DNA of 64,000 nt from Nymphaea colorata (lineage: Eukaryota), in NCBI RefSeq assembly GCF_008831285.2, contig NC_045138.2:29202001-29266000 (forward strand), written 5' to 3'. Below are positions 1-11,353 of the stretch, one piece after another. A model generated the notes under the pieces. The model was not told where the DNA came from. It did not search any database and saw only the letters and a program-made list of their open reading frames with translations. Numbering within the stretch: the stretch's first letter is position 1; every line of letters starts with the position of its first letter. The position numbers were made by a program, and so were the translations under genes.

Positions 1-93
1 ATTGGCAGATTTGAAGGCAAAGATTCGCTTCACTTGCTTCCAAAGTGCAGACACGCTTTTCACAGAGAGTGCATGGACAAATTGTTGGGATTT
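1..93 (+). pseudogene. ATL-type RING-H2 remnant, truncated by the window edge
   Basis: Frame 1 reads IGRFEGKDSLHLLPKCRHAFHRECMDKLLG, matching the LLPKCxHxFHxxCxDxWL core of the other ATLs here. The Trp and the final CPxC are lost. Confidence 0.75.
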
Positions 94-1023
94 ACTCATC
101 TGAATAGTCTTATGTCGATTGGGGTCCATATCTGTTTCAGACCCTTAAGTATAAATACAAGACTCGTGTCTTGTGATGGTGTGAGACACATTCAGTTTTA
201 CCGTTTGGGTAATCGGTCTCCTTAGTCATACGTGAATTGCCTGTCCCCATCACTTGGCTGATATGGCTGAGGAGAAAAACTCATTGCCGCCGCCGCCGCT
301 ACCTGCTCCAGGCAACGACTTTATGGGGATTGTAGCTGTTCTTCCAACAGCCGCCGACATTTAGTCGGCGGTCACCTCTACAGGTTTTACTTTCGCTCTA
401 TGAAACACATGAATCTATGAATGTATTCGATTTCTGCATTCTTGTTTATGCGCTACATTGATTTCACACCACGCTTCCGCTGCGCCCTGCCTTCGGTTTT
501 TGAAGGAAGGGCAGCGAGGGACGATGGCGGGAGAAAAGGGGCTTCGCCCACCTCTGTCCGGCCACATCCAACCTCGCCGGGGAGTCCACCGTCATCGGAC
601 GGCATTGTGCGACGAACTGATGCACACCCTCAGCCTGCCAGTGGCTTCTGGCCGCCGCTTCAGCCGCCCATTCAAGCAAAGGGGGCGGAAATCAGAAAAG
701 GGGCAAAATCTGAAAAATAAGGGCACTGCGAGAAGGCGACGACCGGTCATAGGGCTGCCAGTGACTTAGCTGTCGACGGACGGATCAATATTTGAAAGGA
801 ATTTTCTGTAGTGTGTTGCACTCAATTAAAACTCAGTTACAAGAAAGAAGGTTGCATTAAGACTCAACCAGTTCAATGAATGGGACATACTGCTAGCTAG
901 ACATGATTAGGCTTGATCGGAGTTTAAGACTGGTTATAGATGTCAATTAATTCAGTCAATATCATTGACCAATCACTATCTAAATTCATTAATGCAGAGA
1001 GAACTAAATTGATTGTGAAAATA

Positions 1024-1200
1024 GGGTGTGACACTTTACCCAATTTCAAAAAGGAGGTCCTCGCAAAAGGGGATGATCCGATATTGATAGCACCAATTAA
1101 AAAAAAAAAAGTATCAGGATCGTCTCCATCATTTGCCTAATTAGCTAAGTTTTATCGGATCACCCCCTTTGAGGTTCTCACAAAAGGGGACCGGACACCC
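1024..1200. mobile_element. MITE-like foldback element
   Basis: Ends GGGTGT...ACACCC flanked by TA on both sides. Internal inverted pair AAAGGGGATGATCCGATA / TATCGGATCACCCCCTTT. Confidence 0.5.
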
Positions 1201-1292
1201 TATACTCCTCCTGATTATAAAATATCTTAAAAACAAAGATGAGCAAAGCAGCATATTCGCACCTTTTCTTTCATTAGGGTTGCTTTAATTAC

Positions 1293-1415
1293 CTGCCAAA
1301 ATCTTATTGAAAAATTTGAGAGATCATTCAAGTGATCATGCAAAGTCCCACCAACAGATGCACTAGTCTGTTGAACACCAACACCATAGGATATACCGAA
1401 TGCACCAATGGCAGC
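1293..1415 (-). other. Isolated exon-like segment, product unknown
   Basis: 123-nt stop-free frame (AAIGAFGISYGVGVQQTSASVGGTLHDHLNDLSNFSIRFWQ) bounded by CTAATCATAG| and |GTAATT on the minus strand. No partner exons recognised. Confidence 0.3.
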
Positions 1416-2041
1416 CTATGATTAGTAAGATACCTCACACTTTTTGGTCTTGCACAAATATGATTGCATTGTGGTAACTCATGAGAAAAAAAAAATGTAA
1501 GAAAAACTTAAAAACAATTGTATTCATAGGAAAAGCCCCACTGAAGTTTTAATTATAATATATATAATTATATTTGGCTTACATTCCTACCTATCAGATC
1601 ACCACCTGACACGAGTTGCCCACAAAAATGTAAGCCAAATGCATGTCTTCGACCTTTCCAGCTTCCCCATAACATGCAAGTCAAATATATATTATAAAAA
1701 ATGTAATATAAAAAAAGAGGGTGATCCGATAAAACTTCAGATCACCACCTGGCTCTTCAAAAATGTAAGCCAAATATAAATATATATATTATAAAAAAAG
1801 GGGGTGATCGATAAAACTTCCTCCCATATCTCTCTCTCTGCAGTTAGGCATGAATGGTCCACCGCTATACCGCTATTATATGGATTGAACTTTAAAATTC
1901 ACAATTAAATCGAATTTGAAATCCACTTTTAAATCCACAACCGAATATAGTCGGAAATTAAATAGCGAGTTCACTAAACTTCCTCTTACAACATAGCCCT
2001 ACAAGTTGGTGCAACAAGTCGAAATGTTGGTTGGCAGGTGG

Positions 2042-2644
2042 TCAAATTTTCTTTTTAATTTTTTAAGATGTCAATTATATATACTATAAAAAGAAGGTCA
2101 TAGACATAAAAGTTGAAGTGTGACAAGGTAGCACTCAAAAGCACTAAATTGAATCATAAGAAGACTAGTGGTAGAGTAAATGCTTCAAATTTCTAATTTT
2201 CTTTTTATGTTTTTAAGATGCCAATTATATATACTATGAAAAGAAGGTCATAGACATAAAAATTGAAGTGTGACAAGGTAGCACTCAGAAGCACTAAATT
2301 GAACCCAAGACCAGTGGTAGAGTAAATGCTTCAAATTTCTAATTTTCTTTTTAAGTTTTTAAGATGCCAATTATATATACTATAAAAAGAAGGCCATAGA
2401 CATAAAAGTTGAAGTGTGACAAGGTGGCACTCTGAAGCACTAAATTGAACCCTAAGAAGACGAGTGGTAGAGTAAATGCTTCAAATTTCTAATTTTTTTT
2501 TTAAGTTTTTAAGATGCCAATTATATATATTATAAAAAGAAGGTCATAGACATATAAGTTAAAGTGTGACAAGGTAGCACTCAGAAGTACTAAATTGAAC
2601 CCTAAGAAGACGAATGGTATTGTAAATGCTTCAAATTTCTAATT
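2042..2644. repeat. Tandem array, 4 x ~150 bp
   Basis: The unit TAAGATG(T/C)CAATTATATATA..GAAGTGTGACAAGGTAGCACTC..AATGCTTCAAATTTCTAATT recurs at ~2064, 2214, 2360 and 2510. Confidence 0.95.
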
Positions 2645-2711
2645 GAGTGATAGTAGCGAAAAATATGTTATACTTGTGACAGACATCTCAAGTATATAAT
2701 ATGGTTTAATC

Positions 2712-2885
2712 ATCGGTGGAGTCAGGATTTTTTCTTGAAGAGGGCCAAATTATGATTTCCAAATTATAATACGGATCAAGATAATTTTTTCAGAATTTTT
2801 ATATAAAATAAATATATATTTTTTAAAATTTACATGTAAATTTAACAAAAAAAAAATTGAGGGCGGAAAGCCCTTCCCACCCCTG
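2712..2885. mobile_element. Degenerate MITE, related to the 40227-40441 family
   Basis: GGTGGAGTCAGGATTTTTTCTTGAAGAGGGCC resembles the reverse complement of the 40227-40441 right end. It ends CCACCCCTG and has an AT-rich core. Confidence 0.45.
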
Positions 2886-3324
2886 TACGTAACCAAACAC
2901 CTCCCTGTATTTTCACCTTCATCGCAAAATGCGGCTTGATAAGATTACCCCCTTACTTTTCTAATTCTAGTTCTCTTTCTGTCACTTTCTCTCAACTTGG
3001 TCTTAATTTCGTGACAAACGAGAACACCACAAGTTCGTGGAAAATTAAGTCAAACGGAAAAACTGATAGCCCATTTTCTCATGAAAAAAAACGGTTTGTC
3101 ATTTTTCTTTGTTTGGACAATTTGAATGATTAAATCTTTTATCTGGAAATGGAAAGAAGGGATTAATAATAATGCACAATGAAAGTTTCTATTGCGTGAA
3201 AAAAGTGGCAGAGATGTTGACAGCGTTGTGGTGACGACAGCATTATGTAAAAACTATCATTAGGAAGGAAGTAAAGATTAACTCTTCTTTTTAAGGAAAA
3301 GAAAAAGGGGGACAGTATACTGTA

Positions 3325-4720
3325 GGGGCGTTTGATTGCCCCGCTCAACTCATTTTTTTTTTTTGAAAAAATGGTACGGCGGTGAAATTCACCCGGCCAA
3401 ACTAAAACTGCATCAAACGTGGTGAAATTCACCCCGTTTAACGCAAAATGGGAGCGTCGCCTTCTCACTGTCCAGAGGCCGCTCCTACCGTCGCCGCTCC
3501 GCTCCTCTGCCAGTGATCTTTCCCCCTTTCTCTCTTGCTCTATGATGCCCTCGTCTTCTCCCAAATCAGTGCCCTAATCACCGTCGCATAGAAATCGCTT
3601 CTCGCTCCCAGGTTCTATGGCATCTCCATTTCTCTCTTTCTCCTTTTCTCTCTTGCTCTCTGATGCCCTCCTTTTCTCCCTATCTCTATTGCCCTAATAT
3701 ATTCTTTTCTGGCATCTCACCGGCAGGGAAGACAGGGCAGCATCCGCCAACGCCACGGTCGCCGCTCCTCCGATCCGCCGTCGTTGTTGCTATTGCCCTC
3801 GTATTCTCAACTTCTGGTATTTCTCAAATCTCCTTTGTTGCGATTTTAGCAGAGCATAGAAGGCTGGCCTCCCTCGTTTCACCTTACATCAACAGAGTCT
3901 TAAATCCCCTTCTGTTTTGGGCACATTCTTCTTTTTATTTGGATTTTCGTTTGCATTCCGTTTTATTTATGACTGATTGAACAACTTTCTTGCTTACGAC
4001 TGATTTTAGCAGAGCATAGATTTTCGTTTCACCTCCATTGTTCTTTGTTACGACTGATTGAGTTACTCATGCCCTTAAATATTGAAATTTCTTTATTAGC
4101 TTATTTGTTTTGTATTTTTGGCCCATCCTCTGTTTATTAGCTTCTGTGGACTAACTGGATCCTTCAATAGAGATGACAATATAACTGTCATAGAATGTAT
4201 AACTGTCATAGAATGCCCCTGCTTAAAAGTGCTGAAATTGATGGATTATTATTGCAAAATAACGAGGAAAACACAAAGGTCTTCAGTAGATTTGGTTAGC
4301 CATAAGGAACTCTCGATTTAGTTATCTAATTTACATTTTACTATTAATTGATGAAGATTCCATCTTTTGCTATAAGCATGTACGCGAGGGGGAAGTTGAA
4401 ACACCTACAAGCATCTCTCCTTAGAAAAAAGGAACTTTAGGTCTCCTTAGTTACACGTGTATGAGTTTATTCCCGTAACATGGTAGTATCATTTTACCTT
4501 TGGATAGTTATTCCTGTAGTTCAAACATGGTTAAATTCACCTGGTAAAATTCTTCATTGTGCATCAAACATAGTTAAAATTATCAGGTTAAATTCTTCTT
4601 ATGCATCAAACATGACCTCAAATAGGAAGAGAGTTAAATTTCATCCTGTTTTTTTTTTTTAGAAAAATTTATCGTGGTAATTTACCACGTTAAATTCTTC
4701 CCTGTGCGTCAATCGCACCC
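3325..4720. mobile_element. Non-autonomous PIF/Harbinger-like element
   Basis: Termini GGGGCGTTTGATTGC ... GCGTCAATCGCACCC with GTA/TTA flanks (TWA-like TSD). Both subterminal regions share GCATCAAAC and AAATTCACC motifs. No transposase ORF. Confidence 0.55.
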
Positions 4721-7700
4721 TTATGGATGAGCCAGTGGAGATTATTTTTATAATTATCTGCTGCCGTAAACTATCATTTGATATTAAAACAGCACAATTT
4801 ATTTGTTCAAGTGGTAATACCATTTGCATGGCCAGTAGAAGGAGAAAAATAATAAGAAAAACATATGAAAAAGAAGTACAACAAGCAAAAAAATGAAACA
4901 ACAGAGAGAGTTGAGACCGGGAACCGGGTCTGGGTTCTTGTGGTTACCCGCTCGCAGTGTATGATTGGAGGAGCTGGACACATGGCCGCCGTTGAAACCC
5001 CCTTGTCCCGATTTGGATCCTCCTGCATGGCCCCCTACACATAATGGCTTCATATTTATAACCACCTAAGAAGATATTTATTAAAATACAGATTTTTCAT
5101 GCACAATGTCTTTTTTCATATACATAAATGGAAAGTTTATGTATTGAGACATTCATGGATCTGAACCTTGGACATATTAAAGTTTACTGTCAAGAAGATT
5201 TTAGACAAAGCAAAATAATCCGATGCAAGGAAAAGTGGCTTCAAAGAAACTGCTGCCACTAATCAACTTTTTGCCTCCACCATTGGGTGCTGCATCTTTT
5301 TGCTAAATATAGTTGCAGAACTGCTTTATGTTATTCTTATCAATATATTATCTTATCAATATATTATTTTGGTAATTGAGTGGCATGTTATTACATTATG
5401 ATACAAAGAAGGTTTATATATTTTAAGCTGGAAGTATTTGAATTCTGCAAGTATTTGTTGTTAGAATTGTTTATCAGGCTTATGATGAAATAAGCACATA
5501 TATATATATTTATATGTATGGTTTATTTTTGTATTTAACTTGAACTGCGTACAACTTTACATAAAGTGACATGTGTTGTGTGTGTATCCACCAGGTACTT
5601 GGCGTTCGACAATTCTATTTATTTGATCACCAGATCTAATTCTGGAATCTCTTTTTGACGTGACCATTTTAATTTCATAAACAGTGTTTAAATAATTTCC
5701 TGATATGTAACTTGATAAGATGTTCCGCAAATTGGAGCCTGGACATGCTCGGTTTGTCGATCAGCTTTCTTCCTTTTTCCTGAATTTGATTGAATGCACC
5801 AAATTGTTGTCTCCACCAATTAATGGTGTTGTGCGGCTCCCCACCTTTCTAGCTGGTTTCTTTCACTTGGAGCACCTTTGTTTTAAAAAAATTCATCAAA
5901 CCCACGGGCCTGCACCAAAGTATGGAAGGTATATATGAACCAAAAAAGAAAAGAGACATTCTTATCTTAATCTAAGATAGATAAATAGGCACATCCCATT
6001 GCATGGATCAAAGGTGCTGAGGCGGTTCGGGACGAAAAAGTGAGTTATTTATACCAAGCATTTTCCTTATAACTAGATCCATTCTTTTTGTCTCTCTCAA
6101 AGAATCCTTTTGTTTTTAGGAAAGGAAGATTAGGATAATCCTCTCGATTGATACATCTGGCCACATTCTGTGTTTGCAGAAAGAGGTCTTTGGGAAATGA
6201 TCAGGCTTCTTAGTGAAATAATAGTAATAGCTAGAAACATGCGCTCGAAAAATGATCAGGCTTCATATTTATAAATAATAACTAAAAGCCTAGTTCATCA
6301 CCCGAGTGCCGACACATACAAAGACGTATCCATCAAACAAAGGGCTCCAGAGTTCAAGTTTTTTTTTTCTCTTGGTGGTGCAAACATAAATTGCAAACAA
6401 AGCTCAAAAGCTGCCATGCTTGCTTTGGCGGCTAGGTACTGTTTACATAAATTCGATATATAAACAAGGTGATTTATGTGAGCAATTGCCTATACTTTTC
6501 TCCGCTACTGGTAAAGAGCAGTTGAAGTATTGCCAAAATTACCGTAGAAATAGAACAGAATCATGCTTTAAAGGTAGGTTATGCTCGATACAATATTTAA
6601 TTAGTGACAAGTTGCTCACATTGAGCTACATGAAATTCCGAGCTTTGGAAACCAAGTTGGCATTTAGTGCACCTACTTACCTCTCGTGACAGCACATCCC
6701 TCATTGCCCCACCTTCCTGGATAACTAGTGGTGGGTGCAACCAAAATCCCCCAAAAAAGTGTTATACTCGTCAATAATGCTAGAAAAGTGGAGGAGTTAT
6801 CTGTCCGTCTCGCACATCCATTTTAGGGATAAAGGAAAAGGTTTCATAAGAGCGGTTTCTTCCCCTCTCCCTTTCTCAGGCCTCAGCCCCCCTCCCTCTC
6901 CCTCAGACCCGGCCCGATGCCAATTGTTTTCCTGTTGTTTCGTGTTTGATGAGTTTCGCGGTAAGAGATTCAAGAACTATGAACTTAGCACAACGCATTC
7001 TGTGGGAGTTGTACAAGGTATTTTCTTGGAAAACTTATAAAAAGATAGTTAAAATGATTGGTTGTCATGGTTCTTAAAATTTTCAAGTTAAAACTGAAAC
7101 TATTAAAGAAGAACAGGTTGGAATATGCCCGAAGCCTCAAAGTAGGTCTGGTCATTACACATTGTTTGTTTATTCATTTGTTAGCTAATATATATATATA
7201 TATATATATATGCTCAGGTTTCGCAAGGAATAGGGGACGGATAGATGGGCTTTTCTTGGCCATCGATTTAGTTTGTAAGAAAAAGAAAAAGAGGATAGAG
7301 ATAATTTTGATGAAATTAGCATCATGGCATATTTTTCCAGAGAAGTCAGAAAATTTATGTGGCTCACGTGGCAGTGGGGACGTAAGCAGGTACCAATTGC
7401 TTCGGATCGAGGCAGTCTGTCTCAATCGATTTGGTGGATCGCATTTAACCAGATCTTGATTGAGTTTCGGACTAAAAAACTGTCTTCTTAAAACTATACC
7501 CAGATTGATTAACTTAAGATCTAACGTTCACACGTAACCCTTTAGATCCTTTTTGGATTTTTATTTAATTCCACTACATGCGCCACCTACCAGTACCAAT
7601 CTTTCTTTGTTTTTTGTGTTTTTTCTTTCTTTTTTTCTCCTGTGAGAAACGACTCGAGTATCCTGCTAACTCAGCATCTTCTAAAGCTGTAAACTTGAGA

Positions 7701-9194
7701 TAAAACAAGGAGTGCTTCGGCTTTTCTTCCATCTTCAGTTGTTTTCCCTCTCAATGCTTCCGTAATCTGCTACACCACACTACAGCCATAAAATCTTGTT
7801 TTTGGGAAAATCAGAGTGGCGAAAAAGCTTTGGTTTCTCTAGTGAAAATCCAAGTCTAGTCATTTCATGCATAAGAGAAAAAACTCTATCTTGTGGCCTA
7901 GCAAGAAGAAACGTAAGCCTGAACTTCTTGGAGAAACTCTTAAAGAGCAACTTCCACTGTACTTTCTCCACTACCAGCAAGAATATACATGTGTAGATAA
8001 CTTAATCTTCCACATGGATGACAAACTGATGGCCATGAAATGAATGCAGGATGCAATATTTCAGATGCAGCTGGAAGAACAAGGGAGGATTCTGTTCATC
8101 ACAATGATGAGATGAGTAGGTGGGTAGCGATGGGTCAAATCGGAGTTTAAGGAACTCAATTGCTTCATTTAATTTTTTGGGTCAGCTGCACAAGAAAATT
8201 TCTTTAATATTCACTCAAACTGCTGTTATCTTCATCCGATATTGGAATAACAGATTCTTCCGCCACGACCAGGTTTCTTGGATCATGGAATTTAGGCAGA
8301 AATATTGCAGAATCAATTTGAAGAGCATATGAGAATTTAAATTGTAAGTGGATCAATTAATTTGAACACCGGCGCAAGGGAAAACAAGAGTTCTAGCCAT
8401 TAGTTATTCCAAGATAGAAAATGCCTACCCGAAAAACAAGAGTTCTAGCCATTAGGAATTTAATTGGAAAAGGATAACTCAAGCCTTTAAGAAACATAAC
8501 AGGAAAAGCAAGACACAGATTCCCATGTATGAAGACATCTCTTCAAAGAAGAGCTGACCAGATAATTCAAAATGATCTGCATTGCTGATGGTGAGATATC
8601 CATATGGAGGTATCAGTTAGTAATCGAAGAGGTTCATTTTTCTATTGCATAGCAACACTGCAAGACATATATAGCATCAGACTGAAACTGTCAAAAGTTC
8701 AATTACTGTTGCAATAAGTGGTAGGAAAAGGAGAGAATGAAAACAAACTGAAAGAGGCCAAGAATTCATTAATGCTCAAGGTTGGTCTCTTGCTAAGATC
8801 TGAGAGAGGTTTATCTAACATTTGCAGATTGCCTATTGGAGGACAAAAAATAAAACAGAACTTTTTTTTGTTTAAGATCTAAGATAGCCTTTACAATGCC
8901 GGACTGTTCCCTAGAGAAAAGGTATTTCATGTTTGAATATTAAAGGACAAGAGAAAACAAAACCGGCCTAGACCCGAAGCTGGTTATGTACACCGTTTTC
9001 GTGTATGAAATTTCATGGGCTATTTTAATAAGGACAAAAATTACCCATGGTTAATAGAAAAAGAAACTTTTTATAAAGACAAAAAAGCAAACCACAAAAA
9101 GAAGATTTGAAGATTTGATAAATATAAAATTTGTCAGTCTATATATGCATGTCATTATGACCAATATGCCATTCTAAACAGTAAAAAAACATTA

Positions 9195-9485
9195 TTTAAT
9201 ACATTCGTTTGTTATCACATTATCTCATAAGTATTTTATTATCTCATACATTTGGCTGTTATTTCATTATCTCATAAATATTTTATTATTTCATAAACAT
9301 TGTCTCATACTTATGTTTATCGTTATCTTATATTTTGTCTGTTATTTTATTATATCATAGTTCTTTTGTTATCCAATAAACATTATCTCATATGTTTAAC
9401 ATTATTTCATACATATGTCTTTATCTCAAAAATCTTTTATTATATCATACACATTATTTCAAACTTATTTGTTATCTCATCCACA
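9195..9485. repeat. Degenerate short tandem motif tract (ACATTATCTCATA-like)
   Basis: Many imperfect TTATCTCATA / TTATTTCATA units in a very AT-rich stretch. Confidence 0.6.
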
Positions 9486-10209
9486 TGTATATATAATATT
9501 TGGGTATAAAAGTAAATATGAAGATTAATAATAAGGTCCACATACGACATACACTAGTTAAATAGATGCAACAACACTTTCCAGTTTGTGATGAACATTG
9601 TAAAGTGTGTCTTTAAAAATGCAGTATCCTCTTCTAATAAAAAAAGTAAAAGATTGCATGAACTGCTGTTCTTCTTTCCAACATGCCCCCTAAATTTGAA
9701 TGCCATTGAATTTTCTGTTTTTCTTTTCTGTTTTTCTTTCTTTTTTGTAGCTTGCAAATGTCTTGTTCTGGGAAACTACATGTAGCTTCAACCTTTGCTT
9801 GCACTTCCAAGAAAAATCTGCACTAAGGCCTAAATTTCGTTGTTCCCATACAATGGGCGGAGCTAGAAATTTGGGAAGAATTAAGTAAATTAATAGTTCA
9901 AAAAGGGCACTCATATATAAATGTATGGAAATATATTATCTATTTTTATATAAATCTTTTAGATCCACATGTTTAAGGTTCAATGGAGCCACCTTTAAGA
10001 ATGATACGCCTTCTACCAAAAAAAGCATGCGTCTCCTTTTACTAACATTTGTCGATTGGTTGTCACTTGTTCTAGACCCACATTTTCAGTTTTCATCTTC
10101 CTAGTTCAAAAACTTGCAAGCAGATCCTAATAATAAATTTCGATCAGAATTGGTTGAGGTATCCATAAACTACACTTCTTGCCATGTATTACGGGAACTG
10201 GTCTGACTG

Positions 10210-10510
10210 TAGAGGTAGGCTGGTCGGGTACCTGAGGGGCTTCCAGGTACCCTGCTTAGGTTCAGCCGGGCTTGGGATGGACTTTTGGGGTACTTTCCTC
10301 AGGTCAAGTTGGGCTCGGGTTGTGGCCCGACAATATGATATATAAAAAAAATATTATATTTTAACATATTTTTTCATAAAAAATATATGCTCATATATTT
10401 TATTATTATTTTTTTTATTATAACCTCGTCGGGCCCAAGCCACAGGCTCAACCTTTGGGTGGCCACAACTTGTCTTCAAATCGGTCGGGCCGGCTCGGTG
10501 CCCAACCCTA
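10210..10510. mobile_element. hAT-type MITE (copies at 29822-30122, 42451-42801, and truncated at 15149-15308)
   Basis: Ends TAGAGGTAGGC ... GCCCAACCCTA with subterminal TCGGG/CCCGA motifs. Flanks across copies are compatible with a decayed 8-bp TSD (TCTGAATA-like / TCTTAATA). Confidence 0.55.
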
Positions 10511-10883
10511 TCTTAATATTTAAACAGACCTCCTTTTACACAAACCCATGTCTTTAACAAAAATTGTAAAAGTATTAATCTAGGAGTGCAAATAGATTAG
10601 TTTCTATCATACACCAAGCTTACCCTTTGCATGGGGTTTATATATCTCTCGCAATGCATCTATAAATTAGTAACACAGAAGTTCGTTGACTCGCGTATCC
10701 ATTTGCACTCCTAGATTCAGGAGATCTCTTTGAACTGCTCCAATTATGGTTTGACAACACTTGCAAAACATACTAATTGTCTGTCAATCTCGTCTATCGT
10801 TAATGTTCCAAACGCATTGACACAGATGTGCCTTTCATAAGGGATCATATTCAGTAGAATTTTATCCAAGTTCTCTACTTGTC

Positions 10884-11353
10884 TAGGGATGTTAATAAAT
10901 CCAATTTAGATCTAACATCTAGTCAAACACTTCCAAATAATAAGTTAGGGAAAAATTTATGGTGTTAGATTAAGTAATCAAATCATATTTGAGTTTGAGA
11001 AAGTACATTTGATTGCGTTCGAATTTCATTGAATATTTGATGAGATGTGGATCAGACTTTAGGTTTAATAGATATTCTGTATCCAAATGTCCACACATTT
11101 TGACAGTAGTATCTTAGCATATAATAATTTGGCTTGTATTTGGTCCAAAAATTGGATTTTGGATTTGAATGTGAATTTTAAAATCAAATTTGGATTGGAT
11201 TCAAATTGTGAATTCAGGTTCAAATTTGGATATGATATAAATTTTTCTTCATTCATATTTGAATCCAAATTCGAATGCAAATATCTGAACGTTCAAAATA
11301 ATGAATACAGTAAAGGGTATGTCTGATTCAAATCTGATTCATTGACATCTCTA
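10884..11353. mobile_element. hAT-type MITE (copies at 30496-30845, with ~120-bp internal deletion, and 43153-43623)
   Basis: TIR TAGGGATGTTAAT / ATTGACATCTCTA; 8-bp TSD TACTTGTC / TACTTATC. Confidence 0.8.

Noticed and set aside
421..769. GC-rich overlapping ORFs
   Set aside because: No recognisable domain; low-complexity translations in several frames.
2042..2644. CRISPR-like array
   Set aside because: The units are contiguous ~150-bp repeats with no unique spacers, there are no cas genes, and the context is eukaryotic.
7690..8830. Degenerate LINE on the minus strand (SMWKIKLSTHVYSCW*WRK resembles zf-RVT; WESVSC resembles the post-RT motif)
   Set aside because: Only two weak motifs and no recognisable RT core; this needs BLASTX to support.
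8905..9557. Helitron ending in ...ACACTAG|T
   Set aside because: No convincing subterminal GC hairpin and no defined 5' end.
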